Positions 1-7,597 of a DNA stretch of 64,000 nucleotides are shown piece after piece. The notes beneath the pieces were generated by a model that saw only the letters and a program-made list of their open reading frames with translations, made no database searches and had not been told where the DNA came from. Numbering within the stretch: the first letter of the stretch is position 1; each line of letters opens with the position of its first letter. The translations under genes and the position numbers were made by a program. The stretch comes from Flavihumibacter sp. CACIAM 22H1 (GTDB taxonomy: Bacteria; Bacteroidota; Bacteroidia; Chitinophagales; Chitinophagaceae), in assembly GCF_001601815.1 (NCBI RefSeq), contig NZ_LUKG01000007.1, positions 46,590-110,589 of the forward strand, read 5' to 3'.

Positions 1-369
1 CAGGAAGCCGGTGCAGATCCCTTTTATGGTAACCGTATCGCCTGCTTTCAGCAGAACGGCCTTATCAATTTGCGTGGAATCCATTGTACAACTGACAGAA
101 CTGGACGCCGTAGGCGCTCCGAGGTAAATAAATCCATTTTCCGGGTTCAGTAAATTAATAGCTCCGCGCACTTCCAGCAGCTTGCCTGAATACTGCCGGC
201 TGGCCGCCTGTTCATCTTGCAGGAAAGCCGCAACCAGTTCGGTTGCACTTAACCGGTAAGCAGGCGATTGGTATTGTATGGAACCATTTTCTAGCTGGTA
301 AAAACAGTAGCCGATTCCACCCAGCAGCAGCGCCAATAACAGGCTTCCGTATAAAATTCGCTTAATCAC
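1..369 (-). CDS. membrane-anchored OB-fold protein (tRNA_anti-like family); 3' end lies outside the window
   Basis: Absent from the ORF track because it runs off the window. The minus frame is open for 123 codons, from GTG at 369-367 to base 1. It starts with an N-terminal anchor, VIKRILYGSLLLALLLGGIGYCFYQ. It continues ...RLSATELVAAFLQDEQAASRQYSGKLLEVRGAI...LKAGDTVTIKGICTGFL, a layout typical of Bacteroidota tRNA_anti-like OB-fold proteins. The start overlaps the upstream stop (GTGATTAA). Confidence 0.5.
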   Translation of the reverse strand, partial: MIKRILYGSLLLALLLGGIGYCFYQLENGSIQYQSPAYRLSATELVAAFLQDEQAASRQYSGKLLEVRGAINLLNPENGFIYLGAPTASSSVSCTMDSTQIDKAVLLKAGDTVTIKGICTGFL

Positions 370-1195
370 TGGCTCTGCCTCCTGCCGCTATCCAATCGGT
401 AATTATTTTTTTATCAGAAGCGCCCAATGCAGGTCCGCCTTTGGGCATTGTTCCCAGGTCTACTGCCTGTGTTTTGATATTATTTTTCTTTTCTACAATA
501 GCGCAGTCGGCTGCAAAGCTGATACCACTGGTGGGATTTGATCCTGTATGACAACCACTGCATTTGGAATTGATCAGCGTTACAACGGCTGTGAACAATG
601 GACCATTTGCAACAGCAGGTACTGTTACTTGTTTGGTGGTTTCACAACCGGCTGCATCTTTCGCGTATATCGTATAATTGTCGGCTTCGAGTTGTGTAAA
701 TGTATTAGCTGCCTGGTAGGTTCCGCTTGCGTTCAACCGGTACATGAAGCCGGTGCTGCCGGAAGCGGTAACGGTGATGGTTCCTGTTTTTCCACATTTT
801 TCAGACGAACCGATATCAGCCGTTACCGTAATCGTTTTTCCGGCACATGGATCACCATCGGCTACGGTAAAACTTCCGCTTCCCATACAACCATCTCCGT
901 TTTTAGCGCGGATCGTATAGGCACCGGCTACAAGATTGCTAAACGTTCCGGAAGCCTGGAAAGGACCATTATTCAGGCTGAACGTAAAACCTGAGCTTCC
1001 TGAAGCGGTAGCAGTAATAGAACCCGTTGCACTACCCGGACCACCTGTATTGGTTACGGTTCCATTCACTGCTATGGTGATTCCTTCACAAGGGTTACCA
1101 GGGTTATCTGTTCCGCTTTTGCTGCAGGATAAAAAACAAAGAAGGGTTAAGCCAACGAAACTTATTCGCCGGCAGCGTAGGATGGCTGTCAACAT
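362..1195 (-). CDS. lipoprotein with two SprB-type repeats and a C-terminal c-type cytochrome (CxxCH, PSCyt1-like) domain
   Basis: 277-aa ORF with lipobox LLCFLSC. It has two internal repeats of about 80 aa: GSITATASGSSGFTFSLNNG..AGAYTIRAKNGDGC and GTITVTASGSTGFMYRLNASG..ADNYTIYAKDAAGC. The C-terminus has a CSGCH heme-binding motif, then ..GTMPKGGP.. (candidate Met ligand) and ..DWIAAGG. Confidence 0.6.
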   Translation of the reverse strand: MLTAILRCRRISFVGLTLLCFLSCSKSGTDNPGNPCEGITIAVNGTVTNTGGPGSATGSITATASGSSGFTFSLNNGPFQASGTFSNLVAGAYTIRAKNGDGCMGSGSFTVADGDPCAGKTITVTADIGSSEKCGKTGTITVTASGSTGFMYRLNASGTYQAANTFTQLEADNYTIYAKDAAGCETTKQVTVPAVANGPLFTAVVTLINSKCSGCHTGSNPTSGISFAADCAIVEKKNNIKTQAVDLGTMPKGGPALGASDKKIITDWIAAGGRASD

Positions 1196-1273
1196 ATTAT
1201 AGGAGTTGTGCGCGTAGCGCAGTGGATGATTAACTACCTAATCGTACCAGTTTAAAAAATGGTTGCCTCTGCT

Positions 1274-2533
1274 TTAATTTTTCTTCCAGAAAGAATATCG
1301 AAGTCCGGTAAAGAAGCCAGCCGAACGTAATTTAACGGAGCCCTCGCCAACACCATTCAGCGGAAAATTGAAATAGGGTGCAATTTGCCAGTGCAGTTGC
1401 TTGCTGATTTTTCTTTCGTAGCCAATACTCAGGCCTATTCCGGAAAATAATTCAAAGGCTTTGGTTCGATAGGTATAGTATCCTTTTGCCGGCTGACCGA
1501 ACCGATAATAATAATAGTTATAAGACTCTCTCAGCATCACCGCATTTTGGATACTGAGCATACCAAATAACTGCTGCTTGTTTTTTTGCAGGAAACCGTA
1601 GCGTATACTTATTGGTATTTCAAGGATAGAGCAATCCGCATCTACTTCTTTAAGCTGGAGATTCGGGTTATCATAATAGGACCCTTTTTTTGGGGTATAT
1701 GCATCGCCGGGAGCTTCATAAATTTTCCTGGTTTGCTGTATACCTGCCTGAATGGCCCAATGCCTGGTAAGCTGCACACCAATGCCGCCACCATAAGCAA
1801 GTTTATAGGCGGAGGAATGATCGGCATCGATAAAGCCCCGATCAGCCCCTCCTCCCCCGTACAGGTAAAACCTGAAGGAGGAAGCGTCCGGTGTTTTGGA
1901 AGCCGGTTTCCTGATCTTAAGCAGCATCCGCGGTTCGGAGGCTTGTACCGTACCGCTGCCGGATAAGGGTATTTTTTTTGGCAGGCGGGCAACCAGCAAT
2001 TTTTCTTCCTGGTAGAAAGAGGATAAAGCCGGCTGTTTGGTGGTGTTGGTTGCAGACAACCTTGTTACCGCTCTTTGGTTGGCCTGTTGTTTTACCCGAT
2101 CCGATTGTTTTACAACCTGTAGGGATCCGGGGGTTAGCGGTGCCTGCGATGGTTTGTCGGCTACTATGGGTGAAATAGTTGGCGCTGAGGTATTGGCCGC
2201 CAATTGCTCTGCTGCTGCCTGTTGAGTTTGGCGTGCACGTTGGTTTATTTTGGTTGTTTCCTGCCGGTTGACCGGTATAGCTGAGCTGGCATGAATGGTA
2301 GAGTGTTCAGCATGGTGGGGTAAAAAATGCCGGTGCCCGGCCATAAATAGCAACAGCGGCAACCACCACCAGCCGAATCTGCGGCGGCGTTTTTCTTCAT
2401 CTTCATCGAGAAGCTGATTCATTTTCAACCAGGCCTGCGGGGGTGGTGCGGGCTGCTCGCTGGCAGCCGCCTTGCGGAAAAGGTCATCCAGACCTTCCTC
2501 CCACTGGTTAAAGTCGAATTCTTTCCCCTTCAT
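1274..2533 (-). CDS. putative anti-sigma factor fused to an outer-membrane beta-barrel (OMP_b-brl_2-like) domain
   Basis: 419-aa ORF whose start overlaps the ECF sigma gene stop by 26 nt. It has a short acidic N-terminus and one predicted TM segment after an RRRR patch (FGWWWLPLLLFMAG). A Q/A/T/S-rich linker of about 150 aa follows. The C-terminal ~200 aa show alternating beta-strand patterns and end GLRYSFWKKN. There is no ZAS motif, so the anti-sigma role is inferred from position. Confidence 0.5.
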   Translation of the reverse strand: MKGKEFDFNQWEEGLDDLFRKAAASEQPAPPPQAWLKMNQLLDEDEEKRRRRFGWWWLPLLLFMAGHRHFLPHHAEHSTIHASSAIPVNRQETTKINQRARQTQQAAAEQLAANTSAPTISPIVADKPSQAPLTPGSLQVVKQSDRVKQQANQRAVTRLSATNTTKQPALSSFYQEEKLLVARLPKKIPLSGSGTVQASEPRMLLKIRKPASKTPDASSFRFYLYGGGGADRGFIDADHSSAYKLAYGGGIGVQLTRHWAIQAGIQQTRKIYEAPGDAYTPKKGSYYDNPNLQLKEVDADCSILEIPISIRYGFLQKNKQQLFGMLSIQNAVMLRESYNYYYYRFGQPAKGYYTYRTKAFELFSGIGLSIGYERKISKQLHWQIAPYFNFPLNGVGEGSVKLRSAGFFTGLRYSFWKKN

Positions 2534-3125
2534 TTTTTTGGTTTCGGTTTAGTTCCTCTGCCAACATTTTCTGGAGGTTGGCGCGGGCTTTTGACAGGTT
2601 GGATTTGGAGCTGCCGACGCTGATCTTCAGCATAGCGGCAATTTCTTCATGCGTGTAGCCATCAATTACATATAGATTGAAAACCAGTCCGTAAGCGGGA
2701 CTAAGTTTCCGGATCATGGCCAATAATTCTTTATGAGCAATAGCCGATAATCCGGTGGGTTCAACGGCAGGCAGGTGAATCTGTTCTTCCGTTTCGGTAG
2801 GAAGGGTAACCATGCTCAGCTGTTTTTTCCGGAGATGATCGATGGCGGTATTGATAAAGATCCGGCGGATCCAGGCTTTCAGGGAAGCTTCGTAGGAGTC
2901 ATAGCGGAGTTGAAACCGTTCCATTTCGCGGAAAATCTTAACAAATCCGTCGTTTACCACTTCCAGCACTTCCTCTTCCCGGCTGATATAGCGATTACAA
3001 ACGGCATAGGCATAGCCATAGAAATGCTCGTAAAAGCTCTTCTGGCTCTGGCGTTTGAGGGAAACGCATCCCTCCACCAATTGCTTTAGCAGGCTGTCTG
3101 TGGGTGCCGTAATGTCCATGTCCAT
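2508..3125 (-). CDS. ECF-type RNA polymerase sigma-70 family factor
   Basis: 205 aa. The region 2-like part reads FYEHFYGYAYAVCNRYISREEEVLEVVNDGFVKIF. The region 4 HTH reads YVIDGYTHEEIAAMLKISVGSSKSNLSKARANLQKML. Confidence 0.85.
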   Translation of the reverse strand: MDMDITAPTDSLLKQLVEGCVSLKRQSQKSFYEHFYGYAYAVCNRYISREEEVLEVVNDGFVKIFREMERFQLRYDSYEASLKAWIRRIFINTAIDHLRKKQLSMVTLPTETEEQIHLPAVEPTGLSAIAHKELLAMIRKLSPAYGLVFNLYVIDGYTHEEIAAMLKISVGSSKSNLSKARANLQKMLAEELNRNQKNEGERIRL

Positions 3126-3314
3126 CGGCCTATACGCAAGCCGGCTTGTCCGGGTTGCTTTGCCAAAGGTATTTTTTTCTTTTCACCGGCTGGGTGTTGC
3201 CGGAGGGGTACTACCGGAATGGTGCTGCGGGTCGGGTACTGCGGGTCGGGCGGCATCTGACCGGTGTTTGTTAGAATTCACAAAAAACCCGTAATATTGC
3301 ACTCCTTTTAGGAC

Positions 3315-3386
3315 GGCCTCGTAGTACAATGGATAGTATAAGAGTTTCCGAAGCTCCAGATCCAGGTTCGATTCCTGGCGAGGCCA
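3315..3386 (+). tRNA. tRNA-Arg (anticodon CCG)
   Basis: Hand-folded 72-nt cloverleaf. The acceptor stem is GGCCTCG/CGAGGCC with discriminator A, and the D stem is GTAC/GTAT. The anticodon stem has 4 bp plus one mismatch, with loop TTCCGAA (U33, CCG, A37). The T arm is CCAGG-TTCGATT-CCTGG. Confidence 0.85.
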
Positions 3387-3562
3387 CTACGCTGCTAAAT
3401 AAAAAATTACTAATGAAAATGAAAGCTTTATAAAGTCATGGACTTGTAAGGCTTTCTACGTTTTACCACTCGTTTAATTCCTATCGATACAAGTAAGTTC
3501 ACTAAAATAGTACGGTTTATTTGTAGACAAAAGTTTATACATTTAATATGCAAAGTAGGAGG

Positions 3563-3914
3563 ATGAGTCAGTTCAGTCACATACAGACTGCCATCATTCC
3601 AAGGAGTTGGAACAAGCCAAATCGAAGGAAGAGATTCACCCTGAATATGGCGTAAGAGAAGCTTCGTATTATAGATAGCGGTGGCATGGAGGTTTAGAAG
3701 CCAGCGCACCAAAGCATTAAAGAGCTGGAAGAGAAAAATGCATGGCTTAGAGCCATGTATGCCAACCTGGCTACGGAACAAGAAACGGTAAAATACATGA
3801 TTAAAAAAAACATTAAAGCCTTGCGACAAACTTAGAATCATCGAAGAGCTCAGGGAGGAGTGCCCAAGAACATCGGCAATAGCTGCTCGTTAGCTGAAAG
3901 CTCAAGCCCTCTAA
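3563..3914 (+). mobile_element. IS3-family insertion sequence remnant (degenerate orfA only, no orfB)
   Basis: Plus-strand translation across several shifted frames gives ..PEYGVREASYYR / WHGGLEAS.. / IKELEEKNAWLRAMYANLATEQETVKYMIKKNIKALRQT* / LRIIEELREECPRTSAIAAR*. This matches the HTH, leucine-zipper and hinge pattern of IS3 OrfA (..isea.fYrWrkkygGm.., LkeLEeEN..Lk..yA). There are several stops and frameshifts. No transposase core follows. Confidence 0.6.
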
Positions 3915-3942
3915 TGAATCAACCAGTATTATTTTCCTTGCC

Positions 3943-4521
3943 ATGTTTACATCCTTATTTCACTACATATCCCGATTCAATACATTTACCAGTGAAGATA
4001 GACAAATCATAGAAAGCTATTTCACATTCCGACAGGTACCTAAAAAATTCAACCTGATTAAAAAAGGAAAAATTGCAAGAGAGTTATTTTTCATAAATAA
4101 GGGACTACTCCGGCTTTACTACACCAAAGACACAGATGATATTACGGCCTTTATTTTTAGGGAACATCTGTTTGCAAGTTGTTATGAAAGTTTTCTTCGC
4201 CAGGCACCCGGTAATCAATCACTTGATACGCTGGAAGATGCCGAACTCCTTGTTATCAGCTACGACGATTTGCAGACACTTTACAAAAAGGTTCCTAAAA
4301 TGGAAACCGTTGCCCGAAAGATAGCCGAACAGCGATTTATCAATGCACAACTGATATTTTCGTCTTACATTCTTGACAGCCCAGAAGAACGATGGCAGAA
4401 ATTTGAAGCTACACAAAGCGATTTGCTTCTTCGTGTACCACATCATATGATTGCATCTTTCCTAGGAATTACACCTGTTTCTCTTAGCAGGATAAGGAAA
4501 CGACTTATGGACGGAAAATGA
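3943..4521 (+). CDS. Crp/Fnr family transcriptional regulator
   Basis: 192 aa. It has a cNMP-binding-like N-terminal domain (ELFFINKGLLRLYY..) and a C-terminal HTH (HHMIASFLGITPVSLSRIRKRL). Confidence 0.8.
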   Translation: MFTSLFHYISRFNTFTSEDRQIIESYFTFRQVPKKFNLIKKGKIARELFFINKGLLRLYYTKDTDDITAFIFREHLFASCYESFLRQAPGNQSLDTLEDAELLVISYDDLQTLYKKVPKMETVARKIAEQRFINAQLIFSSYILDSPEERWQKFEATQSDLLLRVPHHMIASFLGITPVSLSRIRKRLMDGK

Positions 4522-4588
4522 TTTCTTTACAAAAGTTAATAACCCTGCAATCGGCACTGCCTAACTTTGTTCAGTAAATAAATATAAT

Positions 4589-5023
4589 ATGAACAAGCAG
4601 ATTAAGACAGAAATAATAATTAATGCCTCCAGGGAGAAAGTTTGGCAAGTTCTCACAGATTTCACATCTTATCCTACATGGAATCCCTTCCTTATAAACG
4701 TAGAAGGAGAATTTAAAGAAGGGGGACGGCTAAAAAATACATTACAAAACGGGCACAAGACAATGATATTCAAGCCCACTATTCTGCAGATAAAACAGGG
4801 TGAAAGTTTTTCCTGGCTTGGCAGTCTTTTTTTTAAGGGTTTATTTGACGGTCTTCATTCGTTTGAAATAGAAAATGCAGGTAAAGATCATGTTAAATTG
4901 GTACACTCAGAGAGTTTCAGTGGGCTGTTCAGTTCATTTATTTTAAAAAAAATAGGGACAGTTACCAGAAATAATTTTATTCAAATGAATCTGGCATTGA
5001 AAAACACAGCAGAGTCTAATTGA
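4589..5023 (+). CDS. SRPBCC (polyketide cyclase/START-like) domain protein
   Basis: 144 aa. The N-terminal signature is IIINASREKVWQVLTDFTSYPTWNPF. Confidence 0.7.
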   Translation: MNKQIKTEIIINASREKVWQVLTDFTSYPTWNPFLINVEGEFKEGGRLKNTLQNGHKTMIFKPTILQIKQGESFSWLGSLFFKGLFDGLHSFEIENAGKDHVKLVHSESFSGLFSSFILKKIGTVTRNNFIQMNLALKNTAESN

Positions 5024-5047
5024 TTTTCATTTTTTCAACCGAAAAAC

Positions 5048-6115
5048 ATGAATGACAACCGTATTGTTTACATAGATAACATTAAAGTATTTCTCACCGG
5101 TCTTGTAGTGGCACACCATTCTGCTCAAGCATATGGACCTACCGGTGGTATATGGGTTGTAAACGACCCTTTCAAAGCAGACTGGTTAAAAAATTTCTTT
5201 TTTATAAACGCCTCTTATATGATGGGGCTTTATTTTTTTATCTCCGGCTACTTTATGGTTTTCAGTATTAAAAAGAAATCAAACGCTGTATTCCTGAATG
5301 AACGGTTCAAAAGATTAGGTGTACCATTGCTATTCTTTACCCTGTTCATCTTTCTTCCATTCAATTATTATAATGCTGAAAGTAATAACAATATACTAAG
5401 TTTCTTTATTGATAGTTACCTGCACAAGCCACCTGTGGCTACCGGTCATCTTTGGTTTGTAGCCTTACTACTTGTCTTTTCAATTATTTACATTATTTTC
5501 TTTCATAAAAGATTTATCAGCATTGCAGAAAAAACCGGTCCATTACCAGTTAGATATATTTTAGTTTTTACAGTGGCCTTAACACTACTATGTGCTGCCA
5601 TACGTTTTAAATACCCTATTGACGTTTGGAGAACCTGGCTCATACCAGTGGAGCCTGCTCATCTTCCGCAATACTTTTTGCTTTTTTTGGCAGGAACTTT
5701 TTTCAATCATGCAAACTGGCTGAATCAGTTAGCAGGAAAACAGAGCTTATCTTTTTTCGGTTTTGCTGTTTTCATCTATCTGACGCAAAGGTATCTGCCC
5801 TATAAAATAACAAATTATCTGATTACAGAATCACTTGTTGAATCAGTCATGTGTATTGGAATAAGCATGGGTATCCTTTCTTTTTTTAAAAGCGTTGGAA
5901 ACAAAACCAATACACTTATTTCAAAAATATCAGCAAATGCCTATGGCATATACCTCTTACATTTATTTATCGTTATTTTTTTGCAGTATGGCTTAATAAA
6001 CCTTTCGATCAATGCCAATATAAAGTTCATATCAGTTACCATTGCTGGTATTCTTCTTTCTGTTTTATTATCCATTACAATCAGACACAACAAATATATC
6101 AGGCAAATTATTTAA
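5048..6115 (+). CDS. acyltransferase family 3 integral membrane protein
   Basis: 355 aa with roughly 10 hydrophobic segments. The N-terminus YIDNIKVFLTGLVVAHHSAQAY is typical of acyltransferase_3/OpgC-like proteins. Confidence 0.75.
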   Translation: MNDNRIVYIDNIKVFLTGLVVAHHSAQAYGPTGGIWVVNDPFKADWLKNFFFINASYMMGLYFFISGYFMVFSIKKKSNAVFLNERFKRLGVPLLFFTLFIFLPFNYYNAESNNNILSFFIDSYLHKPPVATGHLWFVALLLVFSIIYIIFFHKRFISIAEKTGPLPVRYILVFTVALTLLCAAIRFKYPIDVWRTWLIPVEPAHLPQYFLLFLAGTFFNHANWLNQLAGKQSLSFFGFAVFIYLTQRYLPYKITNYLITESLVESVMCIGISMGILSFFKSVGNKTNTLISKISANAYGIYLLHLFIVIFLQYGLINLSINANIKFISVTIAGILLSVLLSITIRHNKYIRQII

Positions 6116-6129
6116 CCTCATAATAAAAA

Positions 6130-6555
6130 ATGAAGGCAGTACAATTTAGAATCGCAAGGCCCACTAATCAACTAGCACAAATTACAAGATTTTATACAGA
6201 AGGGCTTGGCTTAAAAGTTATCGGACAATTCTCCGGTCATGATGGATATGACGGCGTTATGATAGGTCTTCCCGACAGTCACCATCATCTTGAATTTACA
6301 CAATATATAAATGAGACAGCTCTGCCGGCCCCTACCAAGGAGCATCTACTGGTTTTATATTTTGATAATTCTGATAATTTCAACGAAGCAAGTAGCAGGC
6401 TTCAACAAATGGGTTGCTTGCCTGTAAAACCCGAAAATCCGTACTGGGAAGACAAAAGCGAAACGTATGAAGATCCTGACAAGTGGAGGATCGTACTTTT
6501 TAATGGCACTTTTCTTAGTCAAGAAAGCAGTCAGCTCAGAGAAAATATTTGCTAA
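6130..6555 (+). CDS. VOC (glyoxalase/bleomycin-resistance fold) family protein
   Basis: 141 aa: FRIARPTNQLAQITRFYTEGLGLKVIG..GYDGVMIGLPDSHHHLEFTQ...NPYWEDKSETYEDPDKWRIVL. Its last 123 nt lie inside the 208-bp duplicated unit. Confidence 0.7.
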   Translation: MKAVQFRIARPTNQLAQITRFYTEGLGLKVIGQFSGHDGYDGVMIGLPDSHHHLEFTQYINETALPAPTKEHLLVLYFDNSDNFNEASSRLQQMGCLPVKPENPYWEDKSETYEDPDKWRIVLFNGTFLSQESSQLRENIC

Positions 6556-6848
6556 AGCAGGGCTGGACGTTGAGACACCAGTCATGTGCAACAGTCGCAG
6601 AGTTTACCTAAATACGCTTTCGGTATATCAGTTGGTGAATGAAAATCCGTACTGGGAAGACAAAAGCGAAACGTATGAAGATCCTGACAAGTGGAGGATC
6701 GTACTTTTTAATGGCACTTTTCTTAGTCAAGAAAGCAGTCAGCTCAGAGAAAATATTTGCTAAAGCAGGGCTGGACGTTGAGACACCAGTCATGTGCAAC
6801 AGTCGCAGAGTTTACCTAAATACGCTTTCGGTATATCAGTTGGTGAAT
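6433..6848. repeat. exact tandem direct duplication, 2 x 208 bp
   Basis: Read base by base, 6433-6640 and 6641-6848 are identical (gaaaatccgtactggg...tatcagttggtgaat). The unit holds the 3' end of the VOC gene plus 85 nt of downstream sequence. Confidence 0.95.
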
Positions 6849-7349
6849 TTGGATCCTTGGCATCCAAGCCTGCACCCAAGCTACCCTTCGCTCCTAAAGG
6901 TACGGAACCAGCTAATGCGGACAATATATGGATAGGGATGGAATGGGCAGAATCCTCCGCCATTAGTTTCAATACCACACTCAGGCCAACCCGCTTATTG
7001 GATGCAGCACCATTCAATTTTACGATTTGCTGGCTATTTGGATCCAGATTGCAAGCTGGTTCAACGTAAGGATCCATTTTAACCGGTATGCTTAGGTCGT
7101 CCTACTTCGAACCAAAATGGGCTAGTTCCAGATTGCGCCTAGTTGCCTCAACCCTGGCCTGATTGATATGAGCTTTCTCCCTTTCATCAGCACTACCCAC
7201 GTATTACCCAGGGGATCCTCTATTTTAAACCCAGGCTATTTGCACTTAAACTAAAAAATGAGCACCTCAACCCAATTCAACATCACCAACCTCTACTGCC
7301 AACCGGTTTCAGATCTATTCTTTAACCTCTATGGCTTTTATAAGACAAG

Positions 7350-7404
7350 ACTCATCCTTCACTCATCTTTCGCTCATCCTCCACTCATCCTTCACTCAAA
7401 CTCG
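7350..7404. repeat. imperfect tandem repeat with a period of about 11 nt (ACTCATCCTTC-like, about 5 units)
   Basis: The sequence reads actcatccttc actcatctttc g ctcatcctcc actcatccttc actcaaactcg. It lies in a 520-bp region with no supported gene. Confidence 0.6.
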
Positions 7405-7597
7405 CTATATCCCCCGGAGCAACTGATGAATCACTGAAGGATGGCACATGGATGGTACATGGTTTACTATTTCAGCCCGGCAAAAAAGGATTTGGTACGT
7501 TCTTCTTCAATACCTTGCCCCTAATTAAACACCTGATTAAACAACCCCTTTGGATAGAAGCACCCTAAATCACCGAGCGCCCCCCGATTCACTTGCC

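Noticed and set aside
548-1202. Plus-strand ORFs of 148 and 88 aa overlapping the SprB/cytochrome lipoprotein gene
   Set aside because: They are antisense shadows. The minus-strand product has a lipobox, internal repeats and a CxxCH motif.
3428-3841. 137-aa minus-strand ORF from the track, directly after the tRNA
   Set aside because: The product is low-complexity and has no motif. The opposite strand over the same bases translates, with frameshifts, into a recognisable IS3 OrfA remnant, which explains the region better.
6433-6848. Possible CRISPR array or minisatellite
   Set aside because: There are only two copies of a 208-bp unit, directly abutting with no spacers, and no cas genes in the window.
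6355-6935. Four overlapping 63-98-aa ORFs (6355-6591, 6467-6763, 6608-6799, 6639-6935)
   Set aside because: They come in duplicated pairs with identical sequences, created by the 208-bp tandem duplication. They are out-of-frame or antisense readings of the VOC gene 3' end.
7078-7597. Distal att site (partial copy of the tRNA-Arg 3' end), or a second tRNA, at the far end of the AT-rich block
   Set aside because: The only resemblance is a short GGTTCGAA-containing string near 7100 on the minus strand. It does not fold into a T arm plus acceptor stem and does not match the tRNA-Arg 3' end beyond about 7 nt.
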